A stretch of DNA of 45,763 bases from Octopus sinensis (GCF_006345805.1 NW_021834680.1:1-45763), one strand, 5' to 3'. Positions 26,413 to 39,040 are shown, numbered from the stretch's first letter. Numbers and translations: made by a program. The notes: a model not told the origin generated them from the letters alone.

Positions 26413-28876
26413 AACTGCAAAATGGCTGGGAAGTATATGAGTATATGAGTATCTTTGATGAAAACTATAAAATCCTTTTATTCTGGAGCGAGTTGTAGAT
26501 ACACGTTTACAGTTGTTCTCAGAGAAGAATAAACAGACCACCTTCGTTCATGAAAGTTTCCCTCCAAGGTGCAAGTCCGGACAAGTTTGTTTAGGGAAGA
26601 ACAGTAATTGCTCATGCATACCAGCCACCCCTCTACATGCCACCGATGTTATCCAAGGGAAAGGCAACATAAATGTGTGTGTATATCAAGAGATGAGAGA
26701 TGATAGAATTGAGAGAGCATCGAAGAATACTGAAATGCGCTGTTTATTTACGCGTCTATGTTTCGGTTAAGTCCCTTTAGTCCAAAGGCTGAAACCAGTG
26801 CAAGAGTAAATGAGTGATAATGTTTGTCTGTCTGTATATATGCATATATGTGTATGTGTAAGAGAGAGGGGGGGAGAGAGAAATAAATAAATAAAGAGAG
26901 TGAGAGAGAGAGAACGGACGGAAGGTTAAGAAAAAGGAAGATAAACAGCGTATATATTGATATATGAGGGAAAAGCCGCTAAGGCATATTTGAATAGAAA
27001 ATGTAGAAAATGGTGAGGTGAAACCAAGAAACAGAATTGTTGAAGGACAATTTAAGACGAAAATGAAGAATAAAATAAAGTTCATAGAAATATGGGCGAA
27101 GGTAGGTAGGAAATATAAAGAACGTGGTAATTAAATAGACAAGTTGAATTAAATATAACGCGTGTGTATACGTGCGTGTCTTCATGTGTTTTGGAGGGAG
27201 GAATGAACGCCAAAGAAAGAGAACAAAAACAAAAGGGACTAAGCTACGAATGAGTTGGGGGGAATGAAGATATGAAAGGATTTATGCTTGTTTAGGAGAA
27301 AAGACAATCGAATATCAAGGATGTCATTTTTGTATTTGTATTTCACTAATATAGTATTCAAGGTTAGTTTCCTATAATTCGGTGACGCAGCTTCATTAGC
27401 GTGCCTAAACGCAAAGGGGGAAAAAGCGAAGCTAAAATATAAAAGTAAATAAATGAATGAATAAATAAATGAATGAAGATATAAATAAATAATACTCGAG
27501 AATCGACCAAAGCAGAGAAGGTCATGTATGAAATATTTAACAATGCAAAGGAAAATTGTAGGCAAGAAGTGAGACACAACAATTGTTCAATGAATCTCGG
27601 TAGCTATTATTAAAGAAAACAGAAAAGCAAGAAGGACGTTAAATATTTCCATCACACAGAAAGAAAAAGAAAGGAAAAAAAACTAGGTTCGTTACTTTGG
27701 TTCATTATTTCAAGTTATCTCTCTTTTTTTGTTGCTGTTTTGATTTTGGTTTGTGTGTGTTTCGTTTTTTAAGTATTCTTTTGTTGATTTTATTTCTAGG
27801 TTTCTTCCCCAGTCTTTAAGTTCATAGAGTGATATCCACGTTAAAATCTATCTGCTTTTCTTTGCTCTTTCTGAAAGCATCCCAACCGTGATTTAACATA
27901 CTTCCATTACTGAGCTTACAACAATATTGTATATAAGTACAGACTGAAGAGTTTTACGTGCACTCACACGTCTGGCATTTAGCAACCTCAAATGACATTG
28001 GCAAACATAGTGCACTAGAGTGAGAATACATAGCGGTATTCTCAACAATTTTGTTGGGCATTCTCGGTCAGTGCTGCCTAACAGATATGTTAAGCAGCCG
28101 GTCGTGATCGGACGATTAGATTAGCAGTTCCACTCATGGCCATCCCACCATTCTTTACATTACTCTAAAAGTTAGAACGCCAAACTTTTCATTAAGAACT
28201 TGGTGTTGTGAAATTTATTGAGAATTACCTACTCAACTGAATATGTGTGCGTGCGTATCAGTGTGTGTGTGTGTGTGTGCACGTCTCTGTATATGTATAC
28301 ATATATTTATATATTTGTGTGTGAGTGAGTCAGTGCTCGCGCACGCACGTGTGTGTTTAATTTTATAATGAAAAATTTGAATGCGACTTCGAAATTTCGG
28401 TTCGTTTGCCAAAATCAGTTGTGATTTATTTTGGTTCTTTTCAGCTTCATATAGTTTTTGACAGGTTGTTATTTTTTGAGGGATGTGGGTAAGTGGAATT
28501 ATGAGAATGATTATTATGTATGAATTCGGTGCACAAGGAACGTAGTTGTAAGAAGGGATGATAGAGGGGGACAGGAGGAATGAGACAAGTATATGTTTGT
28601 AGGGTGTGGGTCGATACAAAGTTTTGGTGAGGAGATATATTTTGGTTTGATGGAGGATTAATTTGCTATTGTTTAGTGTTTAGCCAGGCATGGAAGTAAA
28701 GGTGTAAGCAGATGTGTCAAATTCAGATAGCTACATTCTTTGTATATAAAGTTGGTTTTTGTGATGTTTTAGAGTTCTAAAATGAATGTTTATAGATAAT
28801 ATAGTTGGTTACACTGCATAGATTGGGCTGAAGTTGAGTTTAATGTCAACTATTAGTTTTCTATTTGCTGTTCATT

Positions 28877-28920
<44 letters not shown>

Positions 28921-29895
28921 TGTATGTGTATACATATATATGAGTATATGTCTATGTATGTATATATATATATGTATTTAAGTATGTAGATCTACAAACG
29001 AAAGTAAACAGAACTCTTCAATTCCACCTAAGGAACGTAGGTAACAACGAATAAATGTCCAGATTACGTGTTCTGCGGAATCACTGACGCTTGTATTCTT
29101 GATGTTTTCTCAAGCAGTCTCAGGACAGTACTGTTTGCGACGGGGTTGGTTCTGTGAATAAAGGATTCGAGCATTCTGATAGTCTTTTACGCAATTTCTG
29201 CCAATATATTTCTCTGGCACGGTGAAACAAAAACCAGTTCTTTGAATTATGCAACTTAATATTGCTTGCTTAATTGATCTTTATCTTTTACGTTTGCTAT
29301 CTGTTAACGCTTTGCTTTAGTTTCGAGGTCCATTTATAAATGTTACGTATATTATTTATTATTGGAATATAAAAGGATATCTAATTTAAATGTTTGATAT
29401 TATCACATAAATTTACATGGATAAGAATATGGGATTATCATTTAGTAGTATACTACAGTAAGCCTTTCGATGTGTCCTCTGCGCCTATCTTGGTATGGTT
29501 AAAATTACGTCTCTGTGCTGACTTCTGTTACTCTAATGCATAAGTGCGGCAACCAAATTTGCTTAGTGGATGCATATCCAGGTCCAGTCTAGGATATTCA
29601 GAGCGTTTTCATTGCTCCCCGACCACAAGAAAATTTAGCGGGTACAAGAACATTCCCTGCACACTCTGTCCCCGAGCATATGCTTTAATGCATGCGCATA
29701 AGGGAAGTGATGTTATTTCAACTCCGATCCATTACGTTGATGCCACTGTCAACTGGGCGCGCGCGCAAGTGTGCATGTATATGTGTTGGGTGTATGGGCT
29801 TGCGCGCACACACATTGACACACATGAGTACGCTCCAGGCTGAACATGCACAGACAAACATGTGTGTGTGTGTGCGTGTGTGTGTGTGTGTGTGT

Positions 29896-29928
<33 letters not shown>

Positions 29929-30165
29929 ACTAATGGGCATATGTCGATTAGTGTGTTATTATGTTAAGTAAAGCACTGGCACGGTTTGGGCAACCTGATG
30001 TCATGCACAGTTGTCACCTAGACTGCAAAATAGATGCAATGCGACATGATGCACAAAGGAACAGTAGCAGGATAGGTTGAAACGTTCGTCGAAAAAATAA
30101 AGGCTAATACCAAATCCATCTTCTGGTTACTTCATCAATTATTATTATTATTATTATTATCATTA

Positions 30166-30256
<91 letters not shown>

Positions 30257-30358
30257 GTGTGTATATACATATATATATATATATATTATATATATATATA
30301 TATATAATATATATATATACCTAAATACATGCATAAACATACATACAAACATACATAC

Positions 30359-30389
<31 letters not shown>

Positions 30390-30650
30390 GATCACTGCTT
30401 CCTTGTTCTCAAGCATTTCGGTCTCATGTGTCAACAACACGGGTGTGACTTTTCAGGTCAGCAAGTGACCTACACTCTTTGGAACAGATGTTATATACAC
30501 GATTGTCCCCAACAACCACAAGAACCATTTGTTGGTCATCATGCACTTTCATATGACATTTCAAGCCCCCCACCACCCCCACCAATTGATAGGCAAATGT
30601 TGCTATATTCATGGCAGCGTATTATGCTGTGTATGGCTATGCACGTACTT
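30390..30650 (-). mobile_element. Probable RTE-type LINE 3' end with decayed C2H2-like motifs
   Basis: ORF 30424-30612(-) contains GLKCHMKVH and ICSKECRSLADLKSHTR, followed by a short UTR and (TATG)n. Confidence 0.45.
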
Positions 30651-30780
30651 GTACAGACATGTAAACACACAAACACATACACACATACATGCACATACAT
30701 ACATACACATTCGGAGATACTGGTTTTGATACAATTTTCTTGAATTCCATGTACTTTCCCTCTAAAAACGGGATAAAAAG

Positions 30781-31173
30781 TATATATATATATAAAGCTG
30801 AAGTTGTCTGTGTGTGGCAGGTTTGGCAGCCTTCAACTAACACTATCTCCTCTGAGACCCTGTGGCGCAAGTTGACCAAAATTGAGAGTATGATAGAAGA
30901 AGGCTTGCGCTTCATTCCTTAGAAGATAAAATTCAAATCGGACCATGTTAAAACCATTAATTATTTACATCAAAAATGTGCTTTTTTTCTATGAAAATCC
31001 CTATTTTTTGCGATTTCTTGACTGTTGTGTCGCCATTTTTCGGTGTATTTCAACCAGAAAAAAGGTTCACTTAAAGAGAATAACAAGCTACATAATGCAA
31101 AATTTTTACTTTTCAAAAATTCCAATTCTAAAGGGTCGAAACAAACCAGAGCAACGCCTAGCGATACTGCTAG
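30781..31173 (+). mobile_element. Non-autonomous Helitron-like element
   Basis: 5' TATATATATAAAGCTGAAGTTGTCTGTGTG; 3' decayed hairpin CCAGAGCAACGCCTAG followed by ...TGCTAG|T at 31170-31174. Confidence 0.6.
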
Positions 31174-31689
31174 TAATTTTATAAAGTTTGCTTCCAGGAG
31201 CTGTCCTCAACATCTTGTTCCAGAGAAAACATTGCAGCGTGATAAATTTATGAAATAAGCATTATCGCTCAAAAAATCATGACTAGCATATAAATAACAG
31301 ATAAAAGTTTATTTTTGTTTTATTAATTATTTATGATACTGCTCTGTAACGTATCTAAGAAATTTAATGTCATAATATCATTGATTTATATATATTTATT
31401 GGAAAAGCATAAAGAATAAATAAACCATAATTGCCTATGTTAAATAATAATATGAAATAACGGAGTTAACGAGGGAAAGTTTACATAGCCGCTCGACATG
31501 CTTGAAATAACAGCCTCATCTTCCTTAATGCAATACTCTGCCAGCTTAAAGTAGAACATAAACAAAAAAAAAAAACAAATGGAGGCAATTTTAAGACGGG
31601 GACTTATCATTCTTGTAACTTATCATTCGACTTTACTCGACTATTGGCTAAACAACAATATTGTCATTCCGCTAGGACTGACTCATGGT

Positions 31690-31726
<37 letters not shown>

Positions 31727-32025
31727 CTATTGCAACGTGAAATGAGAGAGCTTCCTTGGTTATATGTGATTTGTAACAGTGAAAAATAATTTCTCTGCTG
31801 TTATTTGAGACGGAAGCTGCTGAGTCGTAACTTTTATATGATAGCTAAATGTGCAGAAACAAAAATATCAAAAAAATCCATAAATTGTAAGTGATTATTG
31901 TGTAACTTCAAACCAGCTTCAGTATATAAGAAAACTTTGACTGACTGGGAGGACAAAGAAGGCAAATAGACGTTCTTTTTATATTTTCCATGTGCACGTA
32001 TATTTATATATATATATATATATAT

Positions 32026-32092
<67 letters not shown>

Positions 32093-32093
32093 T

Positions 32094-32180
<87 letters not shown>

Positions 32181-32197
32181 TGATAGATAGATAGATA
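32093..32197. repeat. (GATA)n microsatellite
   Basis: Direct reading. Confidence 0.95.
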
Positions 32198-33205
32198 TCA
32201 ATCGTATCGTACATACAGGGAAGTAATGTACGAGACTTAAAAATAAATGGCTGGGTTCGATTTGTTCGACTAAATCCTTTAAAGCGGTGCCTACGGACAT
32301 CGAAGCTGAACATAGCTACATCAACCTCATCAGACAGAAACATCTACGAGTGACGTTATTTTTTTTTCTAGAGTAAATAACGAAACAAATAATTAATACA
32401 AAGTTAAAATCCGGAAATTTTAAATTATTTTAACAATAAAATCAGTTCAAAACTGGAGCTATATATTCGACTACGACGCTCAATGATTTATATCACACAG
32501 CTGTCGTCTGACAAAAGTAGGTTTCTTATGACACTTCCGGTTAACGGCCGACAGAAATTAAAAGTGGTAAAGGATTAGAGTCTTTCAATATCAATAAAAA
32601 AAAAAATACGATAAACCCTGTTTGATAGTTATATATTAAGGAACATAAACATGGACGAGAAAAGGAGAACGTCTTTATGTGCAATATACCCTGGCTTACA
32701 TTACTCGTACACTAGTTATTACAACTATAAACATCAGTTTACAATGTGCGGTGAAATCTGTAAATGTCAAATATAAAGAAAAAAAATTCAAAGAATATTT
32801 CTTTTAAGGTAGGGAGTTGTTTTTCAGTGATATAGGTTCCGTTTTCAGTGAAATAGGTTCCGTTTACATTTCCATGCAAGTTTTCTTATAATCGGGTATA
32901 TTTCGTTTGTGTAACATTTCATTGAAGTTCATTTGGTAAGGTTTCGGTTTTGGTTTCAGGTATATGGAACAAAACGATTGCAGGGTTGCTTAATGTGACA
33001 GTTACAAAATAATTTTAGTAGTGAATTGATTAAAAGAGTGCGTAAATACATAGCAGACCATGGGTTTATTTGGGTACTCGTTACTGGTGATGGTTTTACG
33101 AGGTCAGAATTCAAATCCTAACTCAACTTCTTTTAGTTCGTTTTCACGACAGAGGAAACGTTGGGTCTATTTTTGACTTGTGGTCCCCACGCATCCCATA
33201 GCTAC

Positions 33206-33243
<38 letters not shown>

Positions 33244-33292
33244 TATATATTATATATATATATATATATAATTTAATAAACACAGTATATAT

Positions 33293-33385
33293 TTTCATGC
33301 GATGAAAACAACTCAGACAGCATTTTATAACATGTCTGGTGCCTTCACGTGTTATAAAATGCTGAGTTGTTTTCATCGCATGAAA
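33293..33385. repeat. ~93-nt near-perfect inverted repeat (hairpin)
   Basis: TTTCATGCGATGAAAACAACTCAG(ACAG)CATTTTATAACATGT / ACGTGTTATAAAATGCTGAGTTGTTTTCATCGCATGAAA. Confidence 0.9.
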
Positions 33386-33536
33386 CTATTAAAAAAGTAC
33401 ATACCGTCTTAAATAATATTATATTATATTATTAAATAATATTCATCTCTCAGCATATTCATATATGTGAATATGCATAGATTTATTGTAAGCGCCAACT
33501 ATATATATATCCATACATAGATACATACATACATAC

Positions 33537-33567
<31 letters not shown>

Positions 33568-34214
33568 CGTACATTCATGCATATATATGTGTGTGTGCGT
33601 ACGTGAGTGTATGTGTGTATAAATGCACGTCTGTATCAGTACGTCTCTGTGTGTATGTATCTGAGTATTAGCTTACAGTTTTGTTCTCGTAAAATACACT
33701 ATGAAAAACAACAATTTACGCACTTGCAAGTTTACATAATATCGATGTTTGTGTAAATGACGGCACAAAATAGAGAGGAGGGAAGTAAAACAGACATGTA
33801 AATACATAATCACAAAACACACAGACCGCAGAATGCTGTGTAATATGTGTACTAACAGTGATCGTCGTTTATTCTGAGCCAAAGGCTAATGCAGTCAGGT
33901 ATTTACAAACCGTGCAGTATTGACCGATTTTTACGAGACGCGTAAAACACGAGCTATCTATTGTTACCGGTTCGTAAATGGATATTTCTTTATATATTTT
34001 TTATCACTCTAATATGTGCAAAAGAAATTACTTGCGGCTTTCACTTGTCAAGAGCAATTCTAATCTAAACAATGAGCATTCAAGAAGATACCACTTCCGC
34101 TGAAACAAGATAAATCGTTTTTGTTCTTTTGCGATGTGGTTCGATGTTTCCGATTTGCATATGTGCGTGTATGTGTATGCTGATATATATACGTATGTGT
34201 GTGTGTGTGTGTGT

Positions 34215-34263
<49 letters not shown>

Positions 34264-34351
34264 TTATAAATGGATGATAGTAGAACAGTGGATATGTAAT
34301 GAAAGCAATTATAGAATTCCTGTTCTGCTGTCATTTGTTTATTCATTAACA

Positions 34352-34485
34352 TTGGTTTCAAATTTTGGTACAAGACCAGCAATTTCAGGGGTTGGGCTTA
34401 GTCAATTATATCAAACCTAGTGCTCAAATGTTACTTATTTTATCGACTCCCAGAGGATGAAATGTAACGTCAAGCTCGGCGGGAT
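34352..34485 (-). mobile_element. SINE family A, partial
   Basis: TTGGTTTCAAATTTTGGTACAAGACCAGC...TACTTATTTTATCGACTCC...CTCGGCGGGAT. Confidence 0.7.
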
Positions 34486-34653
34486 ATGATTTATCATTAA
34501 TTAACATCACGGTCCGTACTTATCTGCTGATTTACTCTGAAGTATATAAATATACTGAGTTCTAACAACTAATTATTCGTATTGCTATGGTTTGAGCAAA
34601 ATCTTATATATACACACGCGCATATACTCTATATATGCATATATACACACAGC

Positions 34654-34684
<31 letters not shown>

Positions 34685-34852
34685 CATACTAGCGATGTAT
34701 GTTTGTATATATTTATGTATGTATATATGTATGAGTTTTATCTAAGTTATTCTTAAAAGAGTTCAAGTCAACAAAGCAACAAGACTTTTTGAGTTAAGAG
34801 ACTTCCCGGTGTTTGTAAATATGTTGTGTTGGTGTCTTGGTTGAGCTGTCGA

Positions 34853-35150
34853 TGCATACACCCAAGTGTTTTTCATTTTTTAAAACCAAAACAATGCAAG
34901 TTATAAGAAATAAGTCAAGTCGATGGCTTTTATATTATCATGTATTTCAATATTTTGGGTTTAGTATCCTTTCCTCAGAGGAGTCAGTTTACAACACTGT
35001 TTTTCCAAAGATTTCCTGAAGAAGGGTTTCTATCTCCGAAATATTGAAATACGAAGTAAAAGTATATACCATCGACTTTTATTATTTCTTATAACATGCA
35101 TTGTCTTGACTAAAAGAACATAAAACATTTATATATATTTACGGGTGTGC
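34853..35150. mobile_element. Diverged inverted repeat pair resembling Penelope pseudo-LTRs
   Basis: CAATGCAAGTTATAAGAAATAA...GTCGATGG...GTATTTCAATATTTT versus AAATATTGAAATAC...CCATCGAC...TTATTTCTTATAACATGCATTG. Confidence 0.7.
35011..35050 (+). ncRNA. Minimal type I hammerhead ribozyme motif (Penelope type, partly decayed)
   Basis: ATTTC-CTGAAGA-(AGGG...CTCC)-GAAA-TATT-GAAAT: 5-bp stem I, palindromic AATATT in place of stem III, imperfect stem II. Confidence 0.55.
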
Positions 35151-35429
35151 ACGCGTGTGTAACTATATATGCATGTATGAATATATAAACAAGATTAATG
35201 CGCCTCACGAAAAAAATCTGAAAGCGTAACGAAGCAGATGTCACAGAATGCATTATTCTGCAAGAAACAGATCACAGGGAATACTACAGCCAATTACGGA
35301 CTTGAAACACATGAGTGGTATCCCGCATATTCAGGTCTTCAAAAAGCCTGAATGCATTCTGATAAGGTGTTAAACTTCAACACCAGCCTAATGAATTGTT
35401 CAACATTCTGAATAATAATATGAAACCGT

Positions 35430-36320
35430 TCAAGCTATATCTCGAACGTTCTCATGAATAGCACCAAAATAACGTTGGCTAACTTTCAGAAGAAAGATAA
35501 ATACAGATGTCATATACTGACATGAAAGAAATTCTCAGACATTATAAGAGACTTTGCTGCTGGAATAAGTAATAGTCTTCGATCTATTCTAAGACAAGTA
35601 CATTTTTAACAAGGCCACCCATATATAATGATACAGCAAGATGCTGTAATACCAACAACAATCCCCCTACACACATGACAGAAAAGAACCTGTAGGATGA
35701 AGATAGCCTGATCTAATTCACAATATAGCATAAACTTAGGCACCTATATTGCCACGTGTTCCCATCTGCAGTAAAGCAAAATTTTCCACTGATGCACAAA
35801 TACAAGCTCTTTAACCAAAATAACTTTAATAAGAGTTATTTCTCGCTAAATGCCACCGCCTCTAAAATCACTCAACTCAACCGAAAACATTCACAATGTC
35901 AGCTTTTACCTTTACAGCCAACTCATAATTGCACAAAATCTCTCAGAGAATCGAACCTGCCCGAAGGGAGGATTTATAGAACTTCTAGAACAACTTCGGA
36001 TGTTATGGGAATGTATTAGATAAGATTTATCACGAAAAGATTCGAAAGACAGTATACAAGAATCCACACAGATTCAGGTCAACTGACAAGAAATCTTCCA
36101 CCTTTACGTTGCAATTCGCTGAAGAATTTAAACAATGTAGATTGGAAAGTACTCCAATAACTAGAACATTAGAGATAAAGCCCCTCCCTAACTTGTTGGA
36201 AGTCCCAACTACAGGCTAAGCCTAACAATTAAGTTTCAGACACTAAAATAGCTAGCGATATTTTGTTGGAGATCGGAGATAATTATTAGCTGTTGACATC
36301 AGAAACAATGCCTTCTTGAG
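35430..36320 (+). pseudogene. Decayed Penelope-like element ORF (RT thumb/linker to GIY-YIG C-terminus)
   Basis: Frameshifted remnants IFNKA (35602), NFPLMHKYKLFNQNNFNKSY...HN-like (ORF 35756), IYRTS, and RSEIIISC*HQKQCLL (36270-36317) resemble PLE motifs HFPxxHKxHKxFNxNNxKxSY and RSExxxxCRH. Confidence 0.7.
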
Positions 36321-36642
36321 AGCTTTCATACGCCCAAAATCCCTTAGCCTAAAAATGCGAGAAGTACCGCGGAATAGATGCGGCTAGATCTCGATAAGTC
36401 TGAATAAGCGATATTTTTTAATCATATACAGATGTGCGTATATTTCTGTGTACACACACACAAACACAGATAAATATATAAATATGTATCTAAGTATGTA
36501 TGTATATGAATATATAAAGTTCTAATCACCTTAATCTTCAACAATAAATTTGCTAATGTTATCACTAAAGATCCACACTAACATTAAATGCTCAGTTATT
36601 GCAAGCCCTTCAACGAAGTATTCTTAATAATTATCAGTATGC

Positions 36643-36723
<81 letters not shown>

Positions 36724-37484
36724 CATGTGTGTGTGAGTGCGTGTGTGTGTATGTGTATGTACGTCTATATAAATATGTGTGCATACAGACATATGCAAAA
36801 ACATATATATATGCACTTATGCAACCTCTAAGAGTGCATATATGAATATACATGCATATGCGCGCACACACAGATATACACATATATATAAGAAATATTA
36901 ATATACATTTATAAGCACACACTCACAACACGCTCACATACACACACAACTGAATAGACTTTCAAAATTCCAATAAAATGCCTTACTCTTTTTTTAATCA
37001 TATACCATCATATTGTTTTCTATGAGTCATAGCGAAAATATCTAAATATAATTTATCGAAATATGTATGCTTATATATGTGTATTAGATGATTAGGAAAT
37101 GAATTTTATTCTCGAAGAAATGAGTACATTTATGCATACACATATGCATAAACATATACACAGAGTTGTGTAATATGTATGCATATACATACCTATATAT
37201 ACATACCTGCATGCATACATACGTACATACATACATATATTGTGCATTATGCTTATATTCATAATTACATTGCATACACATATATAACGTATGCGTATGT
37301 CTGTCTGTCTGTCTATCTGTCTGTCTGTCTGCATGTATGTATATATGTATGTATTGATTAATTGATTGATTGACTGATAATCGGTTGGTCAGAGAGACCG
37401 ACCAGCATATCGATAGATAGCTTGACAGATGTCGAAACCATTGAGGTCTTATGTAGGGACCATTCCTCCAATTCAAGCCTATAT

Positions 37485-37520
<36 letters not shown>

Positions 37521-38088
37521 ACATATACGTGTATGTACATATATTTATACACACAGACACATACACAAAAACAAACACAAAATCACGTATTCATATGCAA
37601 ATCTTTACGTTTTAAGTACGTTCAGATGTACAACTTAAGACAGCAAAAGTGTGAGTGGATCGTCAGCAATAACTGAAACGCATATTCATCATCTACATTT
37701 CGACCGCGATAACCATAACACGAAAGTGTCACACCACCTCTCGCCATAGAATTTCGCAGAAGTAAACATACTGCTTCACTCCTTGCCATTGTTCGTCCCT
37801 TATTGTCTTTCGCAAACTTGGAACACCAGCTAGAGGGTTAGAGAGTATGGATGGATGTTTAAAATCTAAAAAGAAAAACAATCGATATAGATACAACAGA
37901 GTCAATCAATTGCACTGCTAGAAAATATAGAAAATAAGATAATGTAGTGAATCAGATTTTAAACTAAGTGGTGAAAGCAACGCACATATTTCAGCTTCAT
38001 TACACCTCGTCAGTAAAGCCTATTGTAGTACATATATACATTATGTAGAGAAAGCAGAAAAATCAAACGAGTATCTTACTGTGACGTT

Positions 38089-38140
<52 letters not shown>

Positions 38141-38145
<5 letters not shown>

Positions 38146-38722
38146 AATCAAGGAACGGCCATAATAGGCCATTCACCCACTAGAAATAACAGCCAAAGCT
38201 TCAACCGCAAAATAACATTAATTCCGTAAACCAGGAGAAAATTAAAAAACATTTACCCTGTAATTTCTTATACGATGCACCGTTTCATCTACTGTTTAAT
38301 GGTAAACTAACCTGATTAAATTAAATCAAGCCAATCTTCCATAGGCCCTGGTTAATTCCGTAATGGAATCGGCGGCTTATATTTATTTGCTGCCGATAAA
38401 TTTGGCGCGAGTGCGATGATTTGAAAATTTTAGGTCAGATATTGCCGAGGCAGGGACAGAAATGCCTCGTGAAAATATCTGTTCCGATCTGGCTATTTCT
38501 TACTGACGAATCTAAGGGCCTATGGAAGATTGGCTTGATTTAATTTAATCAGTTAGTTTACCATTAAACAGTAGATGAAACGGTGCATCGTATAAGAAAT
38601 TACAGGGTAAATGTTTTTTAATTTTCTCCTGGTTTACGGAATTAATGTTATTTTGCGGTTGAAGCTTTGGCTGTTATTTCTAGTGGGTGAATGGCCTATT
38701 ATGGCCGTTCCTTGATTGTGAT
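38141..38722. repeat. Near-perfect ~208-bp inverted repeat (arms 38141-38349 and 38515-38722, 165-bp spacer)
   Basis: By eye the arms are reverse complements except for one 1-bp indel (AACTAACCTG vs CAGTTAGTT). Confidence 0.95.
38495..38600 (+). ncRNA. Type I hammerhead ribozyme with extended stem II
   Basis: Stem I ATTTCTTA (38495-38502) / TAAGAAAT (38593-38600); core CTGACGA (38503-38509); stem II ATCTA (38510-38514) / TAGAT (38572-38576); GAAA (38577-38580); near-palindromic stem III ACGGTGCATCGT; predicted cleavage triplet GTA, cut after 38592. Confidence 0.8.
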
Positions 38723-38819
38723 GTTGAACTTAAAAATGGTCTATGACTATTTAATTTTTTCCACTAGGCCGCTGGTGGCAAAAAAAATTCTACAAAATTT
38801 TTTGCCACCCTATATTGAT

Positions 38820-38852
<33 letters not shown>

Positions 38853-39040
38853 TATATATATACCTTCAAAACGCGGATTGGATGAAGAGGGGAATATTCC
38901 TTATGTTGTATGTCTCGTTTCTCTGTTTTTGTTTTTTATGTTTTCGTTTCTCATTGTTCAACGTTTTTTTATGTCCTGTACCCATATATGCATGTATATA
39001 TACATATATATGTAGGTATGTACATATGTGTATGTATATA

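Noticed and set aside
27940-27975. CTGAAGA hammerhead-like start
   Set aside because: No GAAA and no stem I.
29080-29260. Possible Tc1/mariner transposase N-terminal remnant on the minus strand (PVANSTVLRLLEK)
   Set aside because: Too short and frameshifted to support without a database search.
32295-32340. Minus-strand CTGATGA followed by a hairpin
   Set aside because: GAAA is absent, and the sequence runs into a SINE fragment.
37985-38020. Minus-strand CTGACGA...GAAA hammerhead-like words
   Set aside because: Stem II is weak and stems I and III cannot be formed; at best a decayed remnant.
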